In this document: positions 41,086-51,692 of the stretch, piece after piece | Layout of the letters: every line of letters starts with the position of its first letter | How positions within the stretch are numbered: the first letter of the stretch is position 1 | Assembly (NCBI GenBank): GCA_963754875.1 | Contig: CAVWHO010000008.1 | Location: forward strand, 379,066 to 443,065 | Length of the DNA: 64,000 nucleotides | Source of the DNA: Nitrospirota bacterium | GTDB taxonomy: Bacteria; Nitrospirota; UBA9217 | Reading direction: 5' to 3' | Position numbers and translations under genes: made by a program | The notes under the pieces: model-generated | The model's database searches: none | Told to the model about the DNA's origin: nothing | Seen by the model: only the letters and a program-made list of their open reading frames with translations

Positions 41086-41805
41086 ATGAAAAAATATTTT
41101 TTAGTTGTTGACGACGAGGACTTAATTCGCCACTCACTTTCTGTGGCATTTCACGACAGCGAACGAGAAGTAATAACAGCGGCGGCCCGGGAATCGGCAT
41201 TCAAGGCAATCAGCGAAAACCGATTCGACCTCTGTTTTCTGGACATGCATCTTCCGGACATCAACGGCCTCGAGATCATGAAAATGCTCCGCGATGTTTC
41301 TCCTCAGACGCGGATCATCATGATGACGGAAAGCGGAATCACTGACGCAATCATGAAAGAGGTCCGCGAAAACGCGCACTGTCTGATTTCCAAGCCCTTT
41401 GAACTGGAACAGGTGAAGGCCCTGGTCGGCCGTGTCCTTTCCATGGGAAAGAACCCGCACCAGGAGGATAGCATAGCGGCCGAAAGCGAAATGTCCTCGC
41501 TTCAATGGATCAGCGATGACAACCGAAAACACCGGCGGAAGCCGATCGCCAATAGCATCACCTGTTACGCGGTCGCGCCGCATGGCGACATGACCGCCAC
41601 GCTCGTCACCGCCAACATTCTCGATATCAGTGAAACAGGTATGGGCATCGTTACCGACTGCAAGCTGCAGCCGGGGTACCTTATCCGATTGAGCGATGCG
41701 CCGGTACACGGCAGAGGTGTAGTCCGATGGAGTGAAGACGCCGGTGCCGTGGCCGCGTACCGGGCGGGAATTCAATTCGTATCGCCCGAAAACGTTCCGC
41801 AATAA
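41086..41805 (+). CDS. Response regulator, receiver + PilZ domain (copy 1)
   Basis: LVVDDE, FLDMHLPD and SKPF receiver motifs; PilZ motifs RKHRR and DISETG; ends YRAGIQF. Confidence 0.88.
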   Translation: MKKYFLVVDDEDLIRHSLSVAFHDSEREVITAAARESAFKAISENRFDLCFLDMHLPDINGLEIMKMLRDVSPQTRIIMMTESGITDAIMKEVRENAHCLISKPFELEQVKALVGRVLSMGKNPHQEDSIAAESEMSSLQWISDDNRKHRRKPIANSITCYAVAPHGDMTATLVTANILDISETGMGIVTDCKLQPGYLIRLSDAPVHGRGVVRWSEDAGAVAAYRAGIQFVSPENVPQ

Positions 41806-41924
41806 TTAATCAATATTGTACGGCCCGAACTCCATCAACGGGTACCAACGCGGGGGTACGCAGGTCTGATACACTCACGAGATAGGTACTGAATCAGCAG
41901 CGATATTATGCCGAGAGAGTCGCT

Positions 41925-42083
41925 TTCTGCGGGGACGGCCTAGGGCATCACGACGAACGTCCATCTCGTCAAGCCGGGACGCTTCATAAGGCTTAAGATA
42001 CATGATAGTAAGCACATCCGGGGCACCGTGCTGTAGGGAACGTCCGCGAGCGACTGCTAGAGGCGGGGATTCAGTTCATATAG
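41925..42083 (+). pseudogene. Decayed stand-alone PilZ gene, paralog of 45581-45931
   Basis: Broken translation FCGDGLG/ITTNVHLVKPGRFIRLK..HIRGTVL*../AGIQFI* aligns with LCRDGIGIRTNVLLEPGRIIRLK..IHGIVRW..AGIQFV. Confidence 0.7.
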
Positions 42084-42268
42084 CCTGAATCGGACAAGCC
42101 GGTACCATTACTTCATCAACAGCCGATACGAGAGAGCGCGCAGACACACGGTTCAAGAAGGCATCTCTTCCATTCCCGAGCTTTCTGCCTGACCGGAAAA
42201 GCGCGGCGAGCGTTGTATGACGACACAGTCGAGCCCCCCCAGCTCCGCAAAAACTTTTGCCGGCCAGA

Positions 42269-43657
42269 TCATTCCAAACCCAACTTTTTCACCTGATAAC
42301 GGAAAGCGTCATAACTGAGACCCAGGAGTTTCGCCGCCTGTGTTTTATTTTTATTCGTTCGATCGAGCGCCTGAACGATGAGATCCTTTTCCAGATCGTC
42401 AAGAGATATGCCCTGCGCCGGGAGCGAGACCCGTCCCTCAGGGGAGTGCGTGGTAATCCCCGCGCTGCTGGTCAGCCAGTTCGGCAGATGCTCGGGCACG
42501 ATCTCCTCCGCTCCTTCAAGAACTACGAGCCGCTCCAACAGGTTCCTCAGCTCCCTGATGTTCCCCGGCCATTCGTAGGAGGTAAGAATCTTCTCCGCCT
42601 CGGGAGAAATAGTAGTCATGGATTTTCGTTGATACCGCGTCGTGAACTGGGACAGGAAATGCTGCGCGATGCGCGGAATATCGTCCTGACGCTCCCGCAG
42701 CGGCGGTATGTGCAGGTAGAACGTGCTCAGCCGGAAAAACAAATCCATCCTGAACGTCCCCTGGTCCACTGCTTCCGCCAGGTTTCTGTTCGTCGTGGCG
42801 ATCACGGTGACATCAATCGGGATTTCTTCGCTCCCGCCCACGGGCCGCACAGTCCGCTCTTCCAGCACCCGGAGCAGTTTGCCCTGAAGGGTGTGTTTCA
42901 TGTCGCCGATTTCATCAAGAAGGATGGAGCCCCCCTGCGCCATCTCGAACAACCCCTTCTTGTCCGATTTTGCGTCGGTAAACGACCCTTTCTCATACCC
43001 GAACAATTCGCTCTCCAGGAGCGTTTCCGGGAGGGCTGCGCAGTTGACCTTGATGAACGGGGCAAAACCGCTCCCGGAGGCTTCATGAATCATGCGATGG
43101 GCATAACGCGCGAACAGCTCCTTCCCCGTCCCGCTCTCCCCGGTGATCAGCACCGTTGAGACGGAAGCCTCGGCCATTCTTGCGATTTTCGACTTCAGTT
43201 CCTGGACCACCTTCGACTCGCCGACAATCTCTTTCTCGAAGATCTCGGATTGCACCTTCCGCAGATAGACGACTTCCTTTTTCAACTTTCCTTTTTCAAT
43301 GATGTTCTGAAGGACGATTTTCACCTCATCGACATTGAACGGCTTCGTGAGATAATCCGCGGCGCCCAGTTTCATGGCCTTCACCGCCGTCTCCGCCGTA
43401 TCGTCGGCTGTCACCATGACCACCTGGGTGGGAAGCTCCTGCTTGACGATCTCCTGCAGGACATCGATGCCGCTCTGATCGACGATCCGGATATCGAGCA
43501 GGACTACGGCGGGCGACCAGGATTTTATCTTGCTCACGATGCCGTCGGCAGTGGTCGCGGTCCGCACCTCATACCCGTTGCTTTTAAGCAACCGGGAGAG
43601 CATCGAGACAATAAGCTCGTCATCATCGATGAGGTAAATTTTCGGCTGGTCCTTCAT
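42269..43657 (-). CDS. Sigma54-dependent NtrC-family response regulator (REC-AAA+-HTH)
   Basis: LITGESGTGKE, ESELFGYEKGSFTDA, LLDEIGD, WPGNIREL and C-terminal HTH. Start 43657 preferred. Confidence 0.95.
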   Translation of the reverse strand: MKDQPKIYLIDDDELIVSMLSRLLKSNGYEVRTATTADGIVSKIKSWSPAVVLLDIRIVDQSGIDVLQEIVKQELPTQVVMVTADDTAETAVKAMKLGAADYLTKPFNVDEVKIVLQNIIEKGKLKKEVVYLRKVQSEIFEKEIVGESKVVQELKSKIARMAEASVSTVLITGESGTGKELFARYAHRMIHEASGSGFAPFIKVNCAALPETLLESELFGYEKGSFTDAKSDKKGLFEMAQGGSILLDEIGDMKHTLQGKLLRVLEERTVRPVGGSEEIPIDVTVIATTNRNLAEAVDQGTFRMDLFFRLSTFYLHIPPLRERQDDIPRIAQHFLSQFTTRYQRKSMTTISPEAEKILTSYEWPGNIRELRNLLERLVVLEGAEEIVPEHLPNWLTSSAGITTHSPEGRVSLPAQGISLDDLEKDLIVQALDRTNKNKTQAAKLLGLSYDAFRYQVKKLGLE

Positions 43658-44699
43658 GGGGCCGTCATCCTTTCCGAAGTTATTGCCGGGAGACTGAGAT
43701 GCACTGTGGCTCCCCGCTTGGGAAGTGGGGAGAGGGTTGCGAGAACAAGTACCGGTCTTCACCCTTTTTACCTTACCCGAATAACCCGAAACCTAAAAAA
43801 CCTCGATATAATAACGTAAGACGGGAAGGCTGTCAACAAAATGCTGATTTGTGTCAACCCAACGCGCTGATTTGCGAAACAAAAATGAGGGAGAGGAGAA
43901 CTGACAACTACAAATTCCTATTTTTTCGGATTTTGCGCAATGCAGCTAAACCATAATCTTTTCCATAATGAATGAACCAGCGGGAATATGTCCCCGAGAT
44001 GATGGCAAAACGTTCGGCAAAATCGTGCATACTGGTGTCCGACCTGCTCCGGCGCATACCTCCATGTCTTTGCTAAATCCATCGGTATGTCCGGACCTGT
44101 CCGGGCGCCGAATTCCCCGGCCCTTTTTGCGTCAAGACAGATTGGCCCTGAGGATCCTTTTTTCGAGGGGACATATCCGGATTGACACAGGCACCGGCCG
44201 GTGGCATTGAACCAGGGCAACTTTGGCACCGATCTGCGACCGCTGCCTCCACAAGTCAAACAGTCCCTATGCCTATCATAACGATATTGTATATGGTTGC
44301 GGGTTGCGAAATTTTTCCCACAATCGCGATATCCAATGGGCCTTTCAGGATCGGCAATGGAGCCCCTTCCGGCAAGAGCGAAGGCTGTTTCCAATAACGA
44401 GACCTCCCGTCTGCACCTGACGTTTACGAGCGGTAACGCGAGTGTCGGGCGTGCAAATAGCGTACAGACATAAACGAGTGCAGGGCGCGGTTTACTAGGC
44501 ATTATCCACCTAACAAGAGCCGGGCGGATGCAAGTCGTGGGATTCAATAATACGCAATTACAGTGAATAACCGGCGCCTCGGTGATTTCACCACATTTAT
44601 TAAGCAAGTTTACCCATCAGAATAAAAAAGCGGAGAAAAAATATGCCCAATTGATTGATTAGTCAGGGGACTGGATTTTAAGGTGTAGATAGTGGAGAA

Positions 44700-44715
44700 T
44701 GGCACGGTAATTGCT
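44700..44715 (+). promoter_or_regulatory. Sigma54 -24/-12 promoter for REC-PilZ copy 2
   Basis: TGGCAC-GGTAA-TTGCT, a consensus match. Confidence 0.8.
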
Positions 44716-44782
44716 TTTTAAATCTAACTCAGAAGAGTGAGGATGGGATAACATTCATTGGTGAAAAAATAAAAACCGGTAA

Positions 44783-45520
44783 TTGCTCATTATGAAATCA
44801 ATATTGGTCGTTGATGACGAATATCTGTTGCGCTATTCACTCTCTTCGATATTCAAAAATGAAGAGACCGAAGTAACGACTGCCGCCGATGGGGCCTCGG
44901 CATTGCATGCGATCAATTCGGGCAGTTTCGATTTGTGCCTTCTCGATGTCCAGCTTCCCGACATGAGCGGTCTCGATATCATGAAAAAGCTCAGGCACAT
45001 CTCGCCTCGGACCATCATCGTCATTATGACAGGAAGTGACCCTTCCCATGCAATGATGAAATCCATTCAAGACAATGCACACTGCCTGATATCCAAATCC
45101 TTCGATTTACTTCAAGTTAAAGCGCTTGTAGACTTGTTCGTCAGTAAGGAGCCTCTGAACCTGCATAAGAGCGCCGCGATCAAGGACCAGATTTCATTTA
45201 TCACCTGGCTCGCCGATGACATAAGAAAACATATACGGAAACCGATTGCCGACAGCATAAGCTACTGGGCGCTCCCCCCGCAGAGCGATAAGCCCGCGGC
45301 ACTGCTCACTGCCGATGTGCTTGATATCAGTGAAATGGGTATGTGCGTTCTGACGGATTACGAACTGATGCCGGGGCACATCCTGATGTTGAACGACCCT
45401 CCATCGCAAAACAGGGCAGTTGTCCGATGGAGTAAATTTTCCGGCACAACACGCTCATACCGAGCCGGACTTCAATTCGTCGCATCGGAGTTCGTTCCTG
45501 GCGACAAGAATGTATCGTAG
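44783..45520 (+). CDS. Response regulator, receiver + PilZ domain (copy 2)
   Basis: ILVVDDE and LLDVQLPD receiver motifs; PilZ motifs RKHIR and DISEMG; clear paralog of 41086-41805. Confidence 0.88.
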   Translation: MLIMKSILVVDDEYLLRYSLSSIFKNEETEVTTAADGASALHAINSGSFDLCLLDVQLPDMSGLDIMKKLRHISPRTIIVIMTGSDPSHAMMKSIQDNAHCLISKSFDLLQVKALVDLFVSKEPLNLHKSAAIKDQISFITWLADDIRKHIRKPIADSISYWALPPQSDKPAALLTADVLDISEMGMCVLTDYELMPGHILMLNDPPSQNRAVVRWSKFSGTTRSYRAGLQFVASEFVPGDKNVS

Positions 45521-45580
45521 CAACCCAAGCTCCGGTTATTTGCATCACAGCTGCGACAAGCACGCGCGTCAGGGGGACAG

Positions 45581-45931
45581 ATGGGAAGGCATTTAGATGT
45601 AAACGCATATATCAGTTCCCTACTACGCGGCATCGCTGACGAGAAGAGAATCCATGACCGGCAGCCGTTTACCAATAAAGTCAATTACATAGTCCTCTCT
45701 GCAGAAACAGAATTCGATGGTCAGGGGCACTTCGCAGTTACAGTCGACCTCTGCAGGGATGGTATCGGTATCAGAACGAATGTACTGCTGGAGCCGGGAC
45801 GTATCATACGGCTCAAAAACGACAGGGAAAACATTCATGGCATTGTCCGGTGGATAAGGCCTGACAAGAATCGCGGAGAACTTTATCGGGCAGGAATTCA
45901 ATTCGTGGAACGCATGAACAACGTATCGTAA
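45581..45931 (+). CDS. Stand-alone PilZ-domain protein
   Basis: EKRIHDR (RxxxR), DLCRDG, GIVRW and YRAGIQF motifs. Confidence 0.8.
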   Translation: MGRHLDVNAYISSLLRGIADEKRIHDRQPFTNKVNYIVLSAETEFDGQGHFAVTVDLCRDGIGIRTNVLLEPGRIIRLKNDRENIHGIVRWIRPDKNRGELYRAGIQFVERMNNVS

Positions 45932-45955
45932 ACGGAAAATTCTTCATGCCGGCTG

Positions 45956-47785
45956 TCATCCCGGCGTCGCCGACTTGCTCTCTATTGCTGGAAGGTTAAT
46001 CCGCACCAGAGCGCCTCTCTCCACATTGTTTTCGATGCGGATGCTTCCTCCGTGATCTTCGACCAGCCGTTTGGTAATCGCAAGCCCCAGCCCCGTCCCT
46101 TTCGGTTTTGTTGTGAAGAATGGCTTGAACATCTGATTCGCCGTCGCAGTATCGAATCCCGCCCCCGTATCGGATATATCGATTTGGACAGTGTATAAGG
46201 CCTGGTTGAATGCTGTTTTAAAGGTAATCGTCCCGCCTTCCGGCATTGCATCAACAGCGTTCAGAATCAAGTTCATGAATATTTGATGCAGTTGCATCGG
46301 GTCGGCGAGGGTCAGAGGCAGATTTTCTTCAAGGTCCTTGACAATTTGGATCCCGTCCCGTAAGCAGGCCTGGCCATGCAGAGCGAGACTGGAGACGGTT
46401 TCCAGGACGACATTCACGTCGGTATCGGTCAACTGCGCTTGAGGCGGCTTGGCAAAATTCAGGAGGCCCTTCATCAGGAGCTCAATGCGCTTGATCTCAT
46501 CAATCACCTTTTTCACAATGACTCTGTCGTCTGTTGACAGGCATTGCGCTTCCAAAAGCATCTGGATCGCCAGCTTAATGCCTGCAAGAGGGTTTTTTAT
46601 TTCATGAGCCAGGCCGGTGGCCAGTTCTCCCGAAATTCGTATCTGTTGTGCTCTTTGAAGCGCCTCCTCCGCCAATTTTCTCTCGGTAATGTCACGGTCA
46701 ATAGCGAGGATATATTTATTCTTGCAGATATCAAATACGCCGACTCCTATTTCCACAGGGAATATCGTGCCGTCTTTTTTGCGATGATTGATCTCTGATC
46801 GGACCCACTGCCCCCCCAATATTCGTTCAGTACGCATTGTGTATCCCAGCAAAGCATCCGGTGCGAGCAGTTCCGTAACATCCATCGTCTGGAGCTCTTC
46901 GACGGAATAGCCATGCATCGCTGCCGCGGCCGGGTTTGCCTGAAGGATCCTCCCAATACGGCCACCTTCTCTGTCGAGTACGAGAATGGCGTCTGCTGCG
47001 CTCTCGAACAAATGACGATAGCGCGCTTCACTCTCCTCCATTGCCCGCATATTGTCCCTGAGAGACAACGCCATCTCGTTAAAAGACACGGCAAGTTCGG
47101 AGAATTCGTCCTTAAGCCCGCTGACCCGGTAATCCAGTTCGCCCCCTTTTAATTTTCTTGTTGCATTGAGGAGCTTGGTAATCGGTTGCGTAAAACTCCT
47201 GGCTGCCAATATGCCGAATAGTGCAATGAAGAGCGGGCCGGCGGACACAATAAAAATAACAACGGCTCTTGTACGGTTTTCTTCCCGCAGGGCGTGTTCG
47301 GTCCGTCTTTCGAGGATCTCCTTGGTAAGGATAATCATTGATTCGACGTTATCGGTCAGTGATTCTCCGATCACACGGGCCCGGACCCGCTCCGTCTGGC
47401 GCTCGCTGTCGCCAATGCTTCGGTCCAACACCGTTCTTACAGCAGCGCTGTATTTATCGGTCTGGAGCTGCAAGTCCCGGAGCCGCATCAGCACATTTTC
47501 TTCATGGTGACACCCGGTACATAACTTGATCGAATCAGTCATTTTTTGCACATGTCTCTCAACACTAGCGCGAGACACCGGGAGCATTGTTCTTTGTGAA
47601 AACAAGTCCGCCTCGACTGACCGAATGTTCAGCAGGAGGTCTTCCCGAAGGCTTTCAACCCTATGCAGCATGACCAAGTGACGGAAACTCGACTCCATGT
47701 TGCTGATTTTGAAGAGCAGATAGGCCCCGCCGACAACAGCGAATATGCAAGCTATGCTCAAAAATATGATAATTTTCTTTTTCAT
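45956..47785 (-). CDS. Sensor histidine kinase with periplasmic CxxCH, HAMP and PAS domains
   Basis: CTGCH between two TM segments; HAMP; PAS (ANPAAAAMHGYS); LAHEIKNPL; FFTTKPKGTGLGL. Confidence 0.93.
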   Translation of the reverse strand: MKKKIIIFLSIACIFAVVGGAYLLFKISNMESSFRHLVMLHRVESLREDLLLNIRSVEADLFSQRTMLPVSRASVERHVQKMTDSIKLCTGCHHEENVLMRLRDLQLQTDKYSAAVRTVLDRSIGDSERQTERVRARVIGESLTDNVESMIILTKEILERRTEHALREENRTRAVVIFIVSAGPLFIALFGILAARSFTQPITKLLNATRKLKGGELDYRVSGLKDEFSELAVSFNEMALSLRDNMRAMEESEARYRHLFESAADAILVLDREGGRIGRILQANPAAAAMHGYSVEELQTMDVTELLAPDALLGYTMRTERILGGQWVRSEINHRKKDGTIFPVEIGVGVFDICKNKYILAIDRDITERKLAEEALQRAQQIRISGELATGLAHEIKNPLAGIKLAIQMLLEAQCLSTDDRVIVKKVIDEIKRIELLMKGLLNFAKPPQAQLTDTDVNVVLETVSSLALHGQACLRDGIQIVKDLEENLPLTLADPMQLHQIFMNLILNAVDAMPEGGTITFKTAFNQALYTVQIDISDTGAGFDTATANQMFKPFFTTKPKGTGLGLAITKRLVEDHGGSIRIENNVERGALVRINLPAIESKSATPG

Positions 47786-48279
47786 CGTAGTATGAGAACT
47801 AAATCAGTTGCCAATATCGACATCGGGCACCAACGACGATGTATGTTCGGTACTGTAATCACGTGAGGAGTATTTATAGAATTCCGATACCCGGAACTCT
47901 CTCGGAATCGATATTGCCATCGATTGTTTTGCAGAGATAGTGGTTGGGTCAAGCGCCGGTAACTGCACAGTCAGTATACTTTTTCAAGGTAAAAGACTGA
48001 ATTATCATAACTCAAGAGCTTGATACTGTCAACAAAATGCTAAACCATTTGTCAATTCTTTTCAACTGTGCCTCTTCCCCTTAAACAATTAATTGCATAA
48101 AAGTTAAAAAATCTATAGCGTTACATCCTGACAATGTTGTTAGGGGCGTCATTCTCAAAACTCGTCGTATTTTCTTGATATTAGACAGGAGGGGCTAAAA
48201 AAGGATCAGCTCAAAACTCAGGTAGAAGTTCTTGGACGTGCTTCTCTCAAGCAAGATTAGAATATTTCTTTTTCTAAGT

Positions 48280-48696
48280 TCAGACAGCACTCAAATGCTG
48301 CGCTATTTTGTCGGAAAGACTGTTCCTATACTCTCTGATCTTTGAAATCAGTTCTTCATAGTCAACAGGCTTTTCAAAGAATGCATCAGCGCCGGCAGCA
48401 AGAAATTCTCTTTCCTTCATTTCGCAGCTTAACCCAACGATAAATGAATCGGCGAAGCGGTAACGCATTAATTTCGCGAAATCAGCCCCGTTCATTACCG
48501 GCATGCTATAATCCGTCACAATTACGTCAAAGTGCCGTTTTCGAGAGATGAGTAATGCATCAGATGGATTGTTACAGTTTGATACGACATAACCTTCCTC
48601 TTCCAATAGCCGCTGCAGGATGGTACCGAAAAGTTCTTCATCATCTACTATCAATATCGATTTTCTAGTTTTCATATCTTTTATACGGGCACACAT
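48280..48696 (-). CDS. Single-domain response regulator
   Basis: ILIVDDE, VTDYSMPVMNG and FEKPV motifs. The start may be the downstream Met (MKTRK). Confidence 0.85.
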   Translation of the reverse strand: MCARIKDMKTRKSILIVDDEELFGTILQRLLEEEGYVVSNCNNPSDALLISRKRHFDVIVTDYSMPVMNGADFAKLMRYRFADSFIVGLSCEMKEREFLAAGADAFFEKPVDYEELISKIREYRNSLSDKIAQHLSAV

Positions 48697-48766
48697 CTTT
48701 TATCCCGCAGCCTCCTTATTTTCCCAGACTTCTCAAGCTGCCTATGTAATATATCTCTTTTCAATC

Positions 48767-49138
48767 TCAGAGACTCTCTGTTACTGCCTGCAGAAGGCAT
48801 TCCGGTGTAAATGGCTTCCTGAGATAACTAATGTCCTTTGAATGCATCCCCTGATGGACGATAAAATCATCGGGGTATCCTGACATGAAAATTATTTTAA
48901 TTTTCGGGTGCCAGGATCGGATGACGCGAGCAAGTTCATTACCGTTCAATCTCGGCATGACGACATCAAGCAGCAGCACATCGATTGGATCAGACGAAGA
49001 GTCAATCAGCCTTAAGGCCTCTACTCCGTCACGCGCATGAAAAACGCGAAAGTCCATCGTTCCGAGGGCATGGTCTACATACTCACGAATCGTGGGATCA
49101 TCATCCACAACGAGTATCTTCAGCCCTTCCTTTTCCAT
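48767..49138 (-). CDS. Single-domain response regulator
   Basis: ILVVDDD, LLDVVMPRLNG, FMSGY and LRKPF motifs. The AT-rich upstream ORF extension is judged spurious. Confidence 0.85.
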   Translation of the reverse strand: MEKEGLKILVVDDDPTIREYVDHALGTMDFRVFHARDGVEALRLIDSSSDPIDVLLLDVVMPRLNGNELARVIRSWHPKIKIIFMSGYPDDFIVHQGMHSKDISYLRKPFTPECLLQAVTESL

Positions 49139-49596
49139 TAAAGAAGCTTTTTTTATTCCGTAATTGATAAGCACCTCCCTAATAATAAAATTTAATTTTG
49201 TTAATCCAAAATAAAGCATAAAATATGCCAATATTTTTTCGCAATTACCATTACTTGGAAAATTGAACGGTAACATTATGAAATATAAGGTTATTATTAA
49301 TATTAGAGCTTTATTAATTGTCATAGTAAATATTATTTCATTCAAATTATCAAGAGCATATGTCAATAAATTGTCAATATAATCTGCATAAAATGAGCAA
49401 GTGGAGCCCCCTGGCAGGAGCCGGGGCATTGCACGCCGCAGGGGATTCGCAACAAGAGATGAGCAAAAAACGCAGTAAGCAGCCGTAGGCTTTACAAAAA
49501 CGCCACAGCTTTTATTTTAAAGGTTGTGCTTCAAAATTCCGATAAGATCATTGTACTGCAGGGGGACAGAGCAGCCGTCGAAAAACTGGGAGAGCC

Positions 49597-51591
49597 ATGA
49601 TGAAACTGAACAATGTATCACTGCGTTGGCAAACCGCCCTTCCGATCATTTTCTTAGTTACCATCGGGATGGCAGTGACTATTGCCATAATGGGGTCCAA
49701 AACAAAGGACATTGTAATCGAAGAAATAAAGCACTCAGGTCTCGAGGGCTGCCGGGACACCGTACTGAATGCTTTGACCACAATGATGATTACGGGGGAT
49801 TATGGGGCCTCGCTGGAGTCCTTCCTCGAACAGATGAAAAAAATAGCAGACGTTAAAGTCGTGCGGACAGACAATGTGGACAGGGACTTTCCGGCTGGAC
49901 AGGGCAAATCATACAACTACCCTTCAGATGCAATCGAGAAGGAGGTCGTCTCCCAGGGCGTGGAACGGGTGGTGATAGAAGGAGATTATATTCGCGGCGT
50001 TTATCCCTATACGGCCAGAAGCAATTTCATGGGGAAGAACTGTCTTTCCTGCCACAAGGTGAAGGAAGGAGACGTCCTGGGAGGAGTGAGCATTAGAATC
50101 CCCATTTCGCGATCTTTGGGCAGAATACAGGCTCTTCAGCACACGTTCCTGATCTTCGGTCTTGCGGGTATCGGTGCCATGATCGTTCTCATCTTCGCGG
50201 TGGTGAATTACACGCTCAAACCGCTCGTAAAATTCATCGGTGACCTCGGCGAAGTAAGCCGTAAATATTCCGATATGGACATTTCGTACAAAGGGGGAAA
50301 TGAAATATCCCATGTGTCCGACAACGTCTCAAAACTTGTCCGCCATTTAAGTACGATGGTCAACACGGTTTTGTTCACAACGAGCAAAACACTCCCCCTC
50401 GTCGATATTCTTAACAGTATAGTGAACAAAACTTCGCGGGGCGTTAAAAAACAGACAGAGCAGTCCGTTCAAATCGCAACCGCATCCGAAGAGATGAGCC
50501 AGAGCATCGGCGACATTTCACGAAACGCGGCAATTGCGGCCGATACCTCGACGAGGGCTCTCACGATCGCCACCAAAGGTAAAGAAATAACCGATCACGT
50601 CGTTACAAGCGTCCTCGAGGTGCACAAATCGTCTGTAGAACTTTCCAGGATGGTTGAAAAGCTCAATAACCGCGTAGAAGAAATCGGCGGCATTGCTATC
50701 CTGATCAAGAACATAGCTGATCAGACAAACCTGCTGGCCCTGAATGCAGCTATTGAAGCTGCACGTGCAGGAGAACAAGGCAGAGGATTTGCCGTCGTTG
50801 CCGACGAAGTAAGGAAACTCGCGGAGAGGACCATTAAGGCGACAGATGAAATCTCCGGGAAAATTGAGACCGTTCAGACGGAATCCCATCAGACGGCCGC
50901 GTTTATGGTGGATGCTACGACCAGATCGGCAGGGGCAGCGGAAAGCATAGGGAGCGTCGGCGATTCACTTAATTCGATACTCAACGAAATCCATAAAGTA
51001 AAGGATGAAGTAACAAAGATCGCGGTGGCTGTGGAAGAGCAGTCGGCAACGACAGAAGAAGTCACTAAAAATATTGAGGCGACTTCCTCAATCGCCCAGG
51101 AGATCGAAAAACTGGCGGACCATGTAGCCGCAGAGGTGACGAAGCTCGCCGCCGTTGCTGACGAACTGAGGGTCACCACAGCAGGCGTGAGGACGCAAGG
51201 CGGTGCGGCAATCATGCTCGAACTGGCAAAAAATGACCATCGGGGATTTGTCAAAAAAATCGCTTTCTGCCTGCAAGGAGAGCTATCTTTGGACCAGAAC
51301 CAGTTGCCTGACCACCATACCTGTCGGTTCGGGAAATGGTACGACAAAGAAGGTTTGAAAATATGTGGACAGCTGGCAGGCTACAAAACACTTGAAGGGC
51401 CGCATGAAAAAATACATAACCTGGCAAAGCAAGCTGTTGCGGCTAATAATGCAGGCAACAAGGCACGAGCAGAGCAGCTGTACACGGAATTAGAATCAGT
51501 GTCTCAACACGTGATTTCTAATATTAACAATTTAAAAGATGAATGCATGGAAGACGCTGAAGCTGACCCACTGCTCGCAGATAAAAGGTAG
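49597..51591 (+). CDS. Methyl-accepting chemotaxis protein with periplasmic heme-c sensor and C-terminal CZB domain
   Basis: CLSCH in the periplasmic domain; [41 protein letters not shown] motifs [12 protein letters not shown] and HEKIH. Confidence 0.95.
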   Translation: MMKLNNVSLRWQTALPIIFLVTIGMAVTIAIMGSKTKDIVIEEIKHSGLEGCRDTVLNALTTMMITGDYGASLESFLEQMKKIADVKVVRTDNVDRDFPAGQGKSYNYPSDAIEKEVVSQGVERVVIEGDYIRGVYPYTARSNFMGKNCLSCHKVKEGDVLGGVSIRIPISRSLGRIQALQHTFLIFGLAGIGAMIVLIFAVVNYTLKPLVKFIGDLGEVSRKYSDMDISYKGGNEISHVSDNVSKLVRHLSTMVNTVLFTTSKTLPLVDILNSIVNKTSRGVKKQTEQSVQIATASEEMSQSIGDISRNAAIAADTSTRALTIATKGKEITDHVVTSVLEVHKSSVELSRMVEKLNNRVEEIGGIAILIKNIADQTNLLALNAAIEAARAGEQGRGFAVVADEVRKLAERTIKATDEISGKIETVQTESHQTAAFMVDATTRSAGAAESIGSVGDSLNSILNEIHKVKDEVTKIAVAVEEQSATTEEVTKNIEATSSIAQEIEKLADHVAAEVTKLAAVADELRVTTAGVRTQGGAAIMLELAKNDHRGFVKKIAFCLQGELSLDQNQLPDHHTCRFGKWYDKEGLKICGQLAGYKTLEGPHEKIHNLAKQAVAANNAGNKARAEQLYTELESVSQHVISNINNLKDECMEDAEADPLLADKR

Positions 51592-51626
51592 CGACTCAAT
51601 TAGCACATTTGCACTCGACTTTAAGT

Positions 51627-51676
51627 GCGGCCTCCGGCGGGTTTTCTGTAATTCACTCGAACCCGCCGGAGGTCGC
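51627..51676. terminator. 17-bp inverted repeat between convergent genes (bidirectional terminator or REP-like)
   Basis: GCGGCCTCCGGCGGGTT ... AACCCGCCGGAGGTCGC. Confidence 0.6.
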
Positions 51677-51692
51677 ATCCCGACGTTTGAGC

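Noticed and set aside
43918..44607. 229-aa minus ORF and plus-strand fragments with a Cys motif (APICDRCLHK), vaguely endonuclease-III-like
   Set aside because: No coherent frame or convincing family signature; may be decayed DNA, and BLASTx is needed.
49139..49429. Hydrophobic N-terminal extension on the receiver ORF
   Set aside because: Very AT-rich divergent promoter region; the hydrophobicity reflects base composition.
49400..49430. GC-rich hairpin GCCCCCTGGCAGGAGCCGGGGC resembling an IS200/IS605 end
   Set aside because: Single imperfect copy with no transposase remnant nearby.
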